This document shows, in pieces, positions 9,904 through 20,041 of a DNA stretch of 30,022 bases. The DNA comes from Elainellaceae cyanobacterium (GTDB lineage: Bacteria; Cyanobacteriota; Cyanobacteriia; CAZCXK01). Within the stretch, counting starts at the first letter, position 1, and each line of letters begins with the position of its first letter. Made by a program: the position numbers and the translations under genes. The stretch is taken from contig JBNPEG010000180.1 of NCBI GenBank assembly GCA_051117555.1, forward strand, positions 1 to 30,022. The letters run 5' to 3'. A model generated the notes under the pieces. The model was not told the DNA's origin. It worked only from the letters and a program-made list of their open reading frames with translations, and ran no database searches.

Positions 9904-10845
9904 TCACGGCTTGTCTATTGGCATAACGTCCGCTAGGTCGAGAATTTGCGGAATCAAGTCTTCACGCCGCACTGCCATCATATGCACCCCTTGGCAAAGC
10001 TGTTGCGCAAGTTTTACTTGCTCGGCGGCAATTTTCATGCCTTCCTTCAACGGTTCTGACGAACGGTCTAACCGATCAATAATGGCGTCGGGAATATGGA
10101 CACCTGGAACGTTGCGGTTGATAAACCGAGCATTTTTTGCCGATTTCAGCAGAAAGATCCCGGCCAGAATGGGTTTATTGGTATTTGCAGCAATCTGAGT
10201 CATAAACTTTTCGAGGCGATCGAAGTCTGAGATGAGTTGACTTTGGAAAAACTGAGCGCCTGCCTCCAGTTTGCGCTCAAATCGACGCTGCAATCCCGAC
10301 CAACTAGGGCTTTGCGGATCGACCGCTGCTCCTGCGAAAAGGTCGGTTGCGTCATTGGGTAACGGCTTTTCATTAAAGTCGATGCCTTGATTGAGCGTGT
10401 CGATCAGCTTCAATAACCGCACCGACTCCATTTCAAACACTGATTTTGCCTTAGGATGGTCGCCCGCTTTCACCGGATCGCCTGTAAGCGCCAAGATATT
10501 GCGGATGCCCAACGCATGCGCGCCCATGAGATCGGCTTGGAGGGCAATGCAGTTGCGATCGCGGCAGGCAATTTGGCAAATTGGCTCAACTCCGTGCTGA
10601 ATTAAAATTGCAGACGCCGCCAGTGACGACATGCGGAGAACCGCCCGACTCCCATCCGTGATATTGACTGCATGCACCCGATGCTGAAGCAACTGCGCCA
10701 TTTTAACCATGTGAGCCGGGTTGCCTCCTTTAGGCGGCATCACCTCAGCGGTGATCAAAAATTCACCCGATCGCGCAGCGCGACGAAACCGATTCATCGG
10801 CACCGGAGACACCAAATTTGTGGGTTGAGATTGGGAATCGAGCAT
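9904..10845 (-). CDS. metF: 5,10-methylenetetrahydrofolate reductase
   Basis: ITAEVMPPKG, NITDGSRA, QIACRDRN, NILALTGD, KLEAGAQFFQSQ and GVHMM. The start could instead be the downstream ATG (MNRFRR). Confidence 0.92.
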   Translation of the reverse strand: MLDSQSQPTNLVSPVPMNRFRRAARSGEFLITAEVMPPKGGNPAHMVKMAQLLQHRVHAVNITDGSRAVLRMSSLAASAILIQHGVEPICQIACRDRNCIALQADLMGAHALGIRNILALTGDPVKAGDHPKAKSVFEMESVRLLKLIDTLNQGIDFNEKPLPNDATDLFAGAAVDPQSPSWSGLQRRFERKLEAGAQFFQSQLISDFDRLEKFMTQIAANTNKPILAGIFLLKSAKNARFINRNVPGVHIPDAIIDRLDRSSEPLKEGMKIAAEQVKLAQQLCQGVHMMAVRREDLIPQILDLADVMPIDKP

Positions 10846-10933
10846 CTAAACCTTGGGAAGGGAGTCAAATGATCGTAACGCTGATCTGACACCTGGATGA
10901 TGGGTTTTCATGATTCACTATACAGAATCATGA

Positions 10934-11944
10934 TTACAGTGGCGTTGAATAGCCTAAAGCATCTTTCACTCTAGCAAGTGTCTGGGTGGCGATCGCCTCC
11001 GCCTGTTTTCGTCCGTCGCGCAATACCGATTCTAGATAGCCTTTATCAGACATAATATCGTTATATTTATTTTGAATTGGCTTCAAGGCTTCAACGGCTG
11101 CATCGGCTAGCAATGGCTTAAACTGCCCCCACCCCATATCGCTACATTCTGCCTCGACTGCTTCTTTGGTCTGATTTGACAGCAGCATATAGAGCGCTAG
11201 CAGATTATTACACTCAGGCCGCTCCGGATTATCAAACTCTAACCCTCTGACTGAGTCTGTTTTGCAGCGCTTAAATTTCTTTTGAATGGTTTCGGGCGGA
11301 TCAAGCAGATTAATCCGGCTGAGTTCAGACGGGTCAGATTTCGACATCTTGCGAGTGCCGTCAGTCAGACTCATCACTCGGGCGCCCTCCTTACGAATGA
11401 GCGGATCGGGTAGCTTGAGAACGGGCACATCAGTAGAGCCAAACTGGTAGTTGAGACGCGCCGCAATGTCGCGCGTTAGTTCAAGATGCTGCTTTTGGTC
11501 TTCCCCGACAGGCACCTTATCCGCGTCATACAGCAAAATATCAGCCGCCATGAGTACCGGGTAGTTGAGCAACCCAGCCCCAACATTTTCGCCCTGCTTG
11601 AGTGCTTTTTCTTTGAACTGCACCATATCCTGAAGCCAATTGAGCGGCGTAATGCAGGTTAGCAGCCAAGCGAGTTCGCTATGGGCTGACACATGAGACT
11701 GAACAAAAATGTTGGCGTAGTCTAAGTCAATGCCACAGGCGAGATAAAGCGCTGCAATCGTATAGGTATCTTGAGCGAGGGTTTGCGGGTCGTGGGGAAC
11801 GGTTATAGCGTGTAAATCAACCACACAGAAAAAGTTTTCATATTGGCTTTGCCCGTCTACCCAATTGCGAATTGCGCCTAGATAATTGCCCAGGTGTAAG
11901 TTGCCTGTCGGTTGAATGCCGGAGAGAACGCGCTGCTTGCCCAT
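10934..11944 (-). CDS. trpS: Tryptophan--tRNA ligase
   Basis: SGIQPTGNLHLGNYLGA (HIGH), VDLHAIT, YPVLMAADIL, VPVGEDQKQHLEL and KMSKS. Confidence 0.98.
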   Translation of the reverse strand: MGKQRVLSGIQPTGNLHLGNYLGAIRNWVDGQSQYENFFCVVDLHAITVPHDPQTLAQDTYTIAALYLACGIDLDYANIFVQSHVSAHSELAWLLTCITPLNWLQDMVQFKEKALKQGENVGAGLLNYPVLMAADILLYDADKVPVGEDQKQHLELTRDIAARLNYQFGSTDVPVLKLPDPLIRKEGARVMSLTDGTRKMSKSDPSELSRINLLDPPETIQKKFKRCKTDSVRGLEFDNPERPECNNLLALYMLLSNQTKEAVEAECSDMGWGQFKPLLADAAVEALKPIQNKYNDIMSDKGYLESVLRDGRKQAEAIATQTLARVKDALGYSTPL

Positions 11945-12223
11945 AACGATTGGATAGATTAACGAATGTATAGCGACAATAAATTAAATGACGAATAACC
12001 CTGTCGAATCGATACAAAGAGATGGAACTATCTTGGAGATTATAAACGCCCAAGAATACGATTGGATAGCATCTGAAGTGTCTAATCTTTAACTCACATC
12101 CTTGGCTTAGCTTTAAGAAAGACCCAATATTAATGAACATTTAGTGAACATTCTTTGATAAAATTAAGCAGAGTTTAAGAAATGTAACATCATTTCGTGC
12201 CGACACTTTGAGTTTTAATATCT

Positions 12224-12526
12224 ATGTCTAGATTATCGTGTCCAGATTACACCTCTCAGCTTCAGCACTGCCTCGATTTGGCAGAAGACGTTTCCAAGCA
12301 TTCGGAAGCAACGCAGCAGTTTGAAGACCTTCGAGAGCGAGTGGCGGCTCACAATCCAGAAGCGGCGGATTTGCTCACCATGCTCTGGCAAGATGCGTTA
12401 TCCAATCGTCGGTCTGCTATCTTTTGGCAGGAGCTATGCAATGTTGAAAAAGAGTTAACCAATCGCATGGCAGAAAGCCACATGCAGCTCCGCCAAAACT
12501 ATTTGCGACTGATGCAAGAGCAGTGA
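12224..12526 (+). CDS. Hypothetical alpha-helical/coiled-coil protein
   Basis: 100-aa ORF filling the gap divergent from trpS. Its stop overlaps the next start (GTGA). Confidence 0.75.
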   Translation: MSRLSCPDYTSQLQHCLDLAEDVSKHSEATQQFEDLRERVAAHNPEAADLLTMLWQDALSNRRSAIFWQELCNVEKELTNRMAESHMQLRQNYLRLMQEQ

Positions 12527-13296
12527 AATTTTTAGGAGTCGATCTGGGCTGGGTGTCAGGTGATAGTGGATTGTGCTGCCTGAGTTGGCACGATGATCAT
12601 CTTACCCTGTCCAATCTTGATCGACTCGTTCGGGTTGAAGACGTATTACAGTGGATTGATTGCCTCGTTAAGTCAAGTGAGACGGCGGTCATTGCGGTGG
12701 ATGCTCCGACTCTGATTCCAAACAAGACGGGAATGAGGGTGCCCGATCGCCTGGCTCATCGACACTTTGGTAAGTATCATGCAGGTTGCTATCCTGCCAA
12801 TTTAAATCGTCCATTTGCTGCTCGCACCGTTGGCTTTGGACTCCAGTTAGAGGAACGAGGATTTGTTCATGATCCGGCGATCGCCCACTCCAAACCCCTA
12901 GGGCGCTATCAGCTTGAAGTATTTCCTCATGCAGCAATGATTCATCTATTTCGGCTTAATCGCATTATCAAATACAAAAAAGGGCGCGTCGCCGAACGCA
13001 AAGCCGGGCTGACTCAGCTCCGTACCTACATCCTCAACGTGCTGCCGACGCTTGATCCCCCCCTCAAATTCGTCACTCCCATTCCTGATATACCCACGAC
13101 AGGCGTTGAGTTAAAGCGTTTAGAAGACCGACTCGACAGCCTTATTTGCGCCTATACGGCTGCTCATTGGTGGTATTGGGGCATTCAGCGGAATTGGGTG
13201 TTGGGCGATCGCACATCGGGCTATATCGTTGTACCGACTCCGTTTGGGATGCTAACTAGGAATGCTAACCAGGAGCTAGGTCGCGACTCACTATAG
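12523..13296 (+). CDS. DUF429 family protein (predicted RNase H-like nuclease fold)
   Basis: FLGVDLGW...SGLCCL, VIAVDAP, LEVFPH and DRLDSLICAY motifs. GTG start. Confidence 0.85.
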   Translation: MKFLGVDLGWVSGDSGLCCLSWHDDHLTLSNLDRLVRVEDVLQWIDCLVKSSETAVIAVDAPTLIPNKTGMRVPDRLAHRHFGKYHAGCYPANLNRPFAARTVGFGLQLEERGFVHDPAIAHSKPLGRYQLEVFPHAAMIHLFRLNRIIKYKKGRVAERKAGLTQLRTYILNVLPTLDPPLKFVTPIPDIPTTGVELKRLEDRLDSLICAYTAAHWWYWGIQRNWVLGDRTSGYIVVPTPFGMLTRNANQELGRDSL

Positions 13297-13425
13297 CTGA
13301 CTCCAGAATTCAGTCGCGCCATCTTGCCAAGATATACTACATACGTGTTACATTTGTAGTCATACAGATTTATACGCAATTCAACCTTGTGATGTTTACT
13401 TAGGTCTGACCTGGGGCGGTGTGGT

Positions 13426-15243
13426 ATGACAAAATTTCGCGATATTCTTCACTATTTTCAGCCATATTGGGCGATCGCTACCTTCAGCATTGCCGCAAGC
13501 AGCCTGTTTGAAATTATTGATCTGCTAGTTCCCTATGCAATCGGTCAGATTCTCAACGTTCTTTCGAGCGAGACGCTTGATCCGCTCAGTTCAACCTTGG
13601 TTAATGGCATTGCTGCTCTGACAGGGTTGCCCGTGAATCGCTCCCTATCATTGGGAGTCTTGTTGGCACTCATTTTTGTAGTCACTGTAGTGCGTGCTCC
13701 CATTCAACCTTGGATTGGCACCTGGTTTCATTGGGATATCCCTCTACGGGCGCGACGGGATCAAGCGGGGCGCGTGATGGAAAAGATTCTCACCCTGCCG
13801 CTTGAATTCTATGACGAAAACAATCCAGGAAGGATTGCGGGGCGGGTGGCTAGAGGGCTTGCCAATCACACCTGGACATATCCCGAAATTGCGGGACAGT
13901 TGATTCCTAAGCTGTTTCGCGTCGTCGGCATTTTTGTCGTGATCTTGCTGATTGAGTGGCGAATTGGGCTGCTGTTTTTGGCATCGTTCGTGGTGATTCT
14001 CAGCGTTACGCTGAAAGATCTAAAACACCTGATCGACAAAGAAGAAATCCTCGATCGCTACATGGAGAATACCGAAAGCCGCACGTCTGAAATTATCACC
14101 AACATTAAAACGGTCAAAGCATTCGCGACCGAAAATCAAGAGCTTCGGCGGCAGCGGCAGCGGCTTCAGCGAGAATTTACCATGGTCGATTATCGAATTC
14201 ACCGAGGATATGTGAAGCTGTTTACCTGGCAGCGGTCGGTCATTCAAAGTTGCGTATTTGGAGTGTTGATCTTGACGCTATGGGCAACGATCCGAGGTGA
14301 AATTTCGTTAGGGCATTTCATCACGACATTGACCATATCGAGCATGGCGTATTCCGAGCTAGAACCAATTAGCACGATTGCGGAAGTGTTTGCCCGTCGT
14401 TTTGCCTCGATGTTGCGCTTTCACGAATTCATGAAAGTACCGACCGGACTCGATGCTGCAACGCTGGTGCATCCGTCTGAGGCGATCAAAACCTATGAGT
14501 TCTCAGGGAAAGTTGATCTCTCCCATGTCTCATTTGGATACACCCCCGATCGCTTTGTACTGCAAGACATCAACCTGCTGATCGAACCCTGTCAAACCGT
14601 GGCATTGGTCGGGCGATCGGGGTCAGGTAAATCAACGCTGGTGAAACTGTTGTTTCGCTACTTTGAACCTACCCACGGACAAATCTTAGTGGATGGACAC
14701 GATATTCGTTCCCTGGATGTAGCGGGATATCGCAAGAGGTTGGCGATCGTTCATCAAGACGTAGATGTGTTTAACGGAACGCTGCTCGATAATTTGACCT
14801 ATGGAAATCCGTCGGCAACGTTTGACGAGGTTGAAGAGGCGTGCCGAATTGCGCGGGTTGATGAATTCATTCATCTGATGCCGAAGACCTATCACACGGT
14901 CGTAGGTGAGAGAGGCGTTCGCTTATCGGGCGGGCAGCGGCAGCGGTTGGGCATTGCGCGGGCGCTATTGATGAATCCTGACATTCTGATTTTTGACGAA
15001 GCCACATCGAGCTTAGATTACGAATCAGAGCGATCGATTCAGCTAGCAATGCACAGCATTCTCGGCACTCGAACCACCCTTATCATTGCTCACCGACTCA
15101 GTACTGTGAGAGAGGCAGACAAAATTGTGGTGCTAGATCAGGGACGCATTGTTGAGGTCGGCAACCACGATGAATTGCTGAATCATGGCGGCATTTATCA
15201 TCGCCTGCATCGGTTACAGGAAACGGGAGAACTGGTAGCGTGA
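13426..15243 (+). CDS. ABC exporter, fused permease/ATP-binding protein
   Basis: N-terminal TM helices, GRSGSGKS, LSGGQRQR, IFDEATSSLD and IAHRLST. Confidence 0.95.
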   Translation: MTKFRDILHYFQPYWAIATFSIAASSLFEIIDLLVPYAIGQILNVLSSETLDPLSSTLVNGIAALTGLPVNRSLSLGVLLALIFVVTVVRAPIQPWIGTWFHWDIPLRARRDQAGRVMEKILTLPLEFYDENNPGRIAGRVARGLANHTWTYPEIAGQLIPKLFRVVGIFVVILLIEWRIGLLFLASFVVILSVTLKDLKHLIDKEEILDRYMENTESRTSEIITNIKTVKAFATENQELRRQRQRLQREFTMVDYRIHRGYVKLFTWQRSVIQSCVFGVLILTLWATIRGEISLGHFITTLTISSMAYSELEPISTIAEVFARRFASMLRFHEFMKVPTGLDAATLVHPSEAIKTYEFSGKVDLSHVSFGYTPDRFVLQDINLLIEPCQTVALVGRSGSGKSTLVKLLFRYFEPTHGQILVDGHDIRSLDVAGYRKRLAIVHQDVDVFNGTLLDNLTYGNPSATFDEVEEACRIARVDEFIHLMPKTYHTVVGERGVRLSGGQRQRLGIARALLMNPDILIFDEATSSLDYESERSIQLAMHSILGTRTTLIIAHRLSTVREADKIVVLDQGRIVEVGNHDELLNHGGIYHRLHRLQETGELVA

Positions 15244-15440
15244 ATGATCGAGAGAGACGGTGGGGGGGATGGGGGATGGGGTGCGAAATAACCGCAAAGT
15301 CCTGATATAAATTCAGCAAATTTCCTGAGTTATCTTGTTTAAAGCGTAAAAGTTATGGGAACTCTGGAATGTGGTGCAAGTAAATTCTCGGATATAGCCT
15401 TGTGGAATTCTTGCCCCAATGAAGGTATACAGGAGCCGTT

Positions 15441-18194
15441 ATGCGGACAGTTTTCATCCGGGCTCATTCCCATGACTGGGTGCGCCAGTGGCTAAAGGAA
15501 ACGCTCACCGAGAAAGCTAACTTTCAACCGCTCAACATCATCACCCCGAATCGCCTTGCTGCCCGTGCATTGGGAATCCCGAAGCGATCGCTCGCTGACC
15601 TGGCTCGGGAGATGTTGGCAAGCCATGATCTCCATATCGTTCCAGCTCTAACGGCTCAACGGCTTCTGCGAGACGCGATTCGTCAGACCATCCATCCGGC
15701 TGATTTAGACGGTACGACTCGCACGTGGACATCAGCCATCAAGGCGTTACTTCAATCTTCCGCAGTTCTTAAGATGCCTGACGTTCCAATCTCAGCGAGG
15801 GCATCTCAGCTGATTCAGGTCGCCCAGACCTATCAAACGTTGCTGCGTCAATACGGATGGGTAGATTCGAGCGAACTCCTGTGGCGATCGCTCGATTATC
15901 ATCCAAGCTCGTTGCCACTATTTGTGTATGGCTATGGTCAACCCACTGCCGATGAACTAGCGTTTATCAATGCGATCGCTGGCGAGGACAGCGTTTATAT
16001 GTTGCCCTGTGTTCAACATTCTGACTTTGCGGATATCGATACTGCAATCCAGATGTTAGAAGCGGCGGGTTGGCAGATTGACCAGACCGAACCCATTAGC
16101 CAGTCAAACTCGGTGGGCAACCAGCTCTCCTGCCGTTTTGTCAGCAATGATAATTCTATTACTAATGATAATTCTACTACTGTCAATACGTGCTCCGTTT
16201 ATGCCTACGGAACCCTAGAAGCGGAGGTGCGGGGCACGCTGGCACACGTGAAGCAACTCCTGATTCAAGGCGTTTCGGCACGAGATATCGGCATTATTGT
16301 GCGGGATGAAGTGGCGTATGGAGAAAAGCTTCTTGACATTGCCTGGGAATATGACATTCCCCTGCGAGTGCTCTATAACGTGCCCCTTAGCACGACCCGG
16401 CTAGGGGGGTGGATCAATCTGCTGCTGGATGTAATAGAAAATCAGTTCTCGTTTGAGAATACCGCAACGCTGCTGAGCCATCCTTTATGTAGCAATCCTG
16501 ATAGAGAATTTTGGAGTGTCGTGCGCGATCGCCATCCCAGTAGTTTTGATGCCTGGAATGATGTCAGTCAGGAGATTTTAGACATTGATCTGTCGGCATT
16601 TCGATTGCCCAATCATGCAAAGCGCAAAACCTGGGTCGAGCGAATCCAGACCATTCTCACGGTCGTTGATCTCCGTAGACGATGTGCCCGCTGGGCTCGT
16701 GAAAGCTTGGCCTTGAGTAAGCTAGAGCAGTCATTATATGAGCTATATCAACCGCACGATGAACCGCTTTCACGCACCGAGTTTTTTCAAGACCTGCGCG
16801 ATGTGATGGCGATCGCCCAGGTGGCTGCCCATCCCAGACGAGGCGGCGTTGAACTGCATTCACCCACTTCTGTCATCGGTGCCCAATACAGCCATCTGTT
16901 CATTATGGGGATGGCAGAGGGCGTTCTGCCAAAGATCGTGCAGAATGACGGGGTGCTCGACTTTTTCGAGCGCAAGGCTCTTCGCGCAGCAGGAATTGTG
17001 CTGCTCTCTGCGGCAGAGCAGACCCGGCGTGAATCCCTCGCTTTCTATCATGTGCTGCTGACTGCCATAACCCACATCGTCTGTTCATATCCCAAACTGG
17101 TAAATCGGCAAGAACAATTGCACAGTCCCTATCTAGACCGATTAGGACTGTCTGTCTCCCCAAGTCCTGAGCGTCCGATTGCGAGCCGTGAAGAATTGCG
17201 AAAGGTCATGCTACGTCATGAGGTTCAGGACGAGGATGAGGATGAAGTACTCGCCCATGCGCGTCATGCCTGGAAGGTTGAGCGACGGCGGGAAAGTAGC
17301 GCCCCCTATGACGCCTATGATGGCGTCACGGGCATTCCGGTGAATTGGACGAATCATTCATCGGAGGGAGTTGGCCAACGCGCCTTCAGCGTATCTCAAC
17401 TCACGAACCTAGGGCTTTGTCCATTCAAGTGGTTTGCCGATAAAGTGCTCATGCTGGGTGAACCCGACGACGTCGAAGACCAACTGAGCCCCAGTTTGCG
17501 GGGCAGTCTTTATCACAAAGCATTAGAGCTCCTGTTCGATGAAGTGACAGAAAATCCAGATTTAAAGGTGACCGATTTCCATCTACTGCAAACAGTGTTT
17601 AAACGCGCTGAAACAGACCTCCAGCTTCCCGCATTTCCAAACTGGGCGGCTCAGCGAAACGAACACCTCAAGACGCTGAGCCTAGCCATTCAACAGCCTG
17701 ATTTTTTCCCAGATGGGGCAGAGGCGATCGCCCTTGAAGAAGAATTTACAGGCAACTGGCATGGCTTCCAAATTCGTGGACGGGTGGATCGTATCGATCG
17801 TACTGATGACGGACTCCTCCTCATTGACTACAAAACAAGTTCATCTGCACCCAAAGGAGTCAGCAATGCTGACGGTAAAGCCTGCATCGACCTGCAACTA
17901 TCGATTTACAAAGACGTTGCAGCTCCAGCGCTCTTCCCCGGTGAACGAGTTACAAATGCCTACTACTACTCGCTGACGAAAGGTAAGAAACTGAAGGATC
18001 TCAGCAAGTTACCCACTCAAGATGAACTTGCAGATGTCGCAGAGCGGTGTCAGTCCCATCTCAACAACGGATACTTTCCTGTGAGCCCCGATACCGGGCG
18101 TGACGCATGCAAATACTGCGCCTATGACCTGGTTTGCCGTCAAGGCAATCGTCTCAGCCGGAAACCCCGTACTGCACCCACGGAGGAGTCATGA
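15441..18194 (+). CDS. AddB-like protein: inactive helicase-like N-terminus plus Fe-S PD-(D/E)XK nuclease
   Basis: IITPN, LFIMGMAEGVLP, SVSQL..CPFKWF, RGSLYHKALE, RGRVDRID...IDYKT, QLSIY and CKYCAYDLVC (1+3 Cys iron-staple pattern). Coupled to a UvrD-type gene. Confidence 0.88.
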   Translation: MRTVFIRAHSHDWVRQWLKETLTEKANFQPLNIITPNRLAARALGIPKRSLADLAREMLASHDLHIVPALTAQRLLRDAIRQTIHPADLDGTTRTWTSAIKALLQSSAVLKMPDVPISARASQLIQVAQTYQTLLRQYGWVDSSELLWRSLDYHPSSLPLFVYGYGQPTADELAFINAIAGEDSVYMLPCVQHSDFADIDTAIQMLEAAGWQIDQTEPISQSNSVGNQLSCRFVSNDNSITNDNSTTVNTCSVYAYGTLEAEVRGTLAHVKQLLIQGVSARDIGIIVRDEVAYGEKLLDIAWEYDIPLRVLYNVPLSTTRLGGWINLLLDVIENQFSFENTATLLSHPLCSNPDREFWSVVRDRHPSSFDAWNDVSQEILDIDLSAFRLPNHAKRKTWVERIQTILTVVDLRRRCARWARESLALSKLEQSLYELYQPHDEPLSRTEFFQDLRDVMAIAQVAAHPRRGGVELHSPTSVIGAQYSHLFIMGMAEGVLPKIVQNDGVLDFFERKALRAAGIVLLSAAEQTRRESLAFYHVLLTAITHIVCSYPKLVNRQEQLHSPYLDRLGLSVSPSPERPIASREELRKVMLRHEVQDEDEDEVLAHARHAWKVERRRESSAPYDAYDGVTGIPVNWTNHSSEGVGQRAFSVSQLTNLGLCPFKWFADKVLMLGEPDDVEDQLSPSLRGSLYHKALELLFDEVTENPDLKVTDFHLLQTVFKRAETDLQLPAFPNWAAQRNEHLKTLSLAIQQPDFFPDGAEAIALEEEFTGNWHGFQIRGRVDRIDRTDDGLLLIDYKTSSSAPKGVSNADGKACIDLQLSIYKDVAAPALFPGERVTNAYYYSLTKGKKLKDLSKLPTQDELADVAERCQSHLNNGYFPVSPDTGRDACKYCAYDLVCRQGNRLSRKPRTAPTEES
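16146..16181. repeat. In-frame 18-bp tandem duplication in the addB-like gene (NDNSIT NDNSTT)
   Basis: AATGATAATTCTATTACT followed by AATGATAATTCTACTACT. Confidence 0.9.
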
Positions 18195-20041
18195 ATTCAA
18201 CCCCGACCCCCCTCACACCTCAGCAACAGGATGCTGCTTACACTACCCACAGCATTGCCGTGACTGCTGGAGCCGGAACGGGTAAAACCCACATGCTAGC
18301 AGAACGCTACTTGCATCACCTGATGTCTGGCTATTCTCCATTAGAAATAGTGGCGCTGACCTTTACGGAAAAAGCTGCTACCGAGATGCGATCGCGCATT
18401 CGCAAAACAATCCAGAACAGAATCCAAAATCCAGATTGGATTGCAGAATTGGACGCAGCTCAGATCAGCACCTTTCATGCCCTCGCTGCTCGGATTTGCC
18501 GGGATCATCCTGAAACCGCTAATGTTCCACCTGACTTTACTGTGCTAGATGACCTAGACGGAACGCTATGGACGGCAAACGCTCTCGTTGACGCATTGCA
18601 TCATATTCCCGACGCGCTCTACGAGTATGTCCCATATTCTCTGATGCAAACAGCGATCCGGACATTTCTAGTTGATCCGTTAGCTGCAGAACACGCATTG
18701 CAGAAAGGGCGCAATGATTGGTTGCCCATCCTTCAACAGACTCAGCACGAGGCGTTAGCCACCCTACTACATGACGATCGGTGGTTAGTTGCAGGTGATA
18801 TCTTGCACGCTCACTCTGCCCCTAATGACAAGTTAAACGAAATGCGGGATGCCGCATTAGAATCGGTGGCATTTTTAGTCGGAGAGCGGACTACTATTCT
18901 TGAGTATGGTGATGACATTACTTCGGTTCTCAACGTCCTTAATGGATTGAAAATAAACTGCGGGCGGCAGAAAAATTGGGGCGGCAAAGATACGCTTGAT
19001 GCTGTCAAGGATGCCATCAAACTTGTGAGAGAACTAGCGCGAGATGCCCTCAAAGCAGGTTTGGTGACACTCAATCCCAATGAATGGGATGACCAGACCG
19101 AGGCAATCCTTCCAGTCCTGCGGGAAGGATTTGAAGTCGTGCGATCGCACCTCCACCACGCTAAGCGACAGCAGCGAGTCCTCGACTTCAACGATCTAGA
19201 AATCCATGCCCTCAGAGCTCTCGAACAGCCGGATGTGCAAAACTACTACGCTCAACGCTGGCAAGTATTTCTGATTGACGAGTTTCAAGATACAAATCCC
19301 ATTCAAGGCCAACTGCTTGAACGACTCACCCAAGGCAAATTGCTGACTATCGTTGGCGACGTTAAACAATCGATTTATGGCTTTCGTCGAGCTGATGTAG
19401 AGGTATTTAAAGCGTGGTGTAATCGACTCCATCCAACGCCAGATCGTCCTATTAAAGAACTCAGCCTCAGCTTTCGGACTCACCACACTCTTGTTCAAAA
19501 GCTTAACGCTGTCTTTGAGCCAATTTTGAATCCCCTGCACCAACCGCTAGAAGCGTATCGCCAGCAAGAACCGTTCCCGTCTCCCTACTTGCAGGTGTTT
19601 ACTGTTCGCGTCACAGACAGTACAAAATCCGATATTGGACAGCGCCGTCGCGTGGAGGCAAATCACCTGGCGAACTGGGTCACCGATCTGCTAGCCAACG
19701 GTGCCCAGGTGCATGACAAATCAACCGGGACTCTTCGTCCTGTTACACCCGGAGATATTGCAATTCTCTCTCGCACTTGGGACCCCCTAGACGTTTATGG
19801 CGAAGCCCTAGAAGGGTTGGGGATTCCTATCCTGCAAGTGGGAGGTGGCAACCTGCTCGACACCCGTGAAGCAAAAGATGCCTGGGCACTACTGCGGTTT
19901 TTGGTAGATCCGAGAGACGATTTAGCGCTCATTGCGGTATTGCGGAGTCCGTTCTGTGCCGTGAGCGATCGCCCCGTCTATTACAAGCCTCTTTCCTCGA
20001 AGAGGATAACGACGAGCTTTAAACGATCTGTAAAAGACTAA
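18191..20041 (+). pseudogene. AddA-like UvrD/SF1 helicase, 3'-truncated
   Basis: GGAGGAG RBS and ATGA overlap with addB. Motifs present: Q (LTPQQ), I (AGAGTGKT), Ia (TFTEKAA), II (DEFQDT), III (VGDVKQSIYGFRRA), IV and IVa (IAILSR). Motifs V and VI and the C-terminal nuclease are absent. Recognisable sequence ends at RSPFCAVSDR (about 19972). Confidence 0.8.

Noticed and set aside
12160..12190. RpaB HLR1 or Pho box from spaced TTAA/GTTACA motifs
   Set aside because: Only one good half-site, and the spacing does not fit either consensus.
16146..16181. Fur box suggested by AATGATAATT
   Set aside because: It lies inside a CDS, lacks the symmetric ATTATCA half and is explained by an in-frame duplication.
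17380..18194. Cas4 call for the Fe-S PD-(D/E)XK domain
   Set aside because: It is the C-terminus of a 917-aa protein coupled to a UvrD-type helicase, which is AddB architecture.
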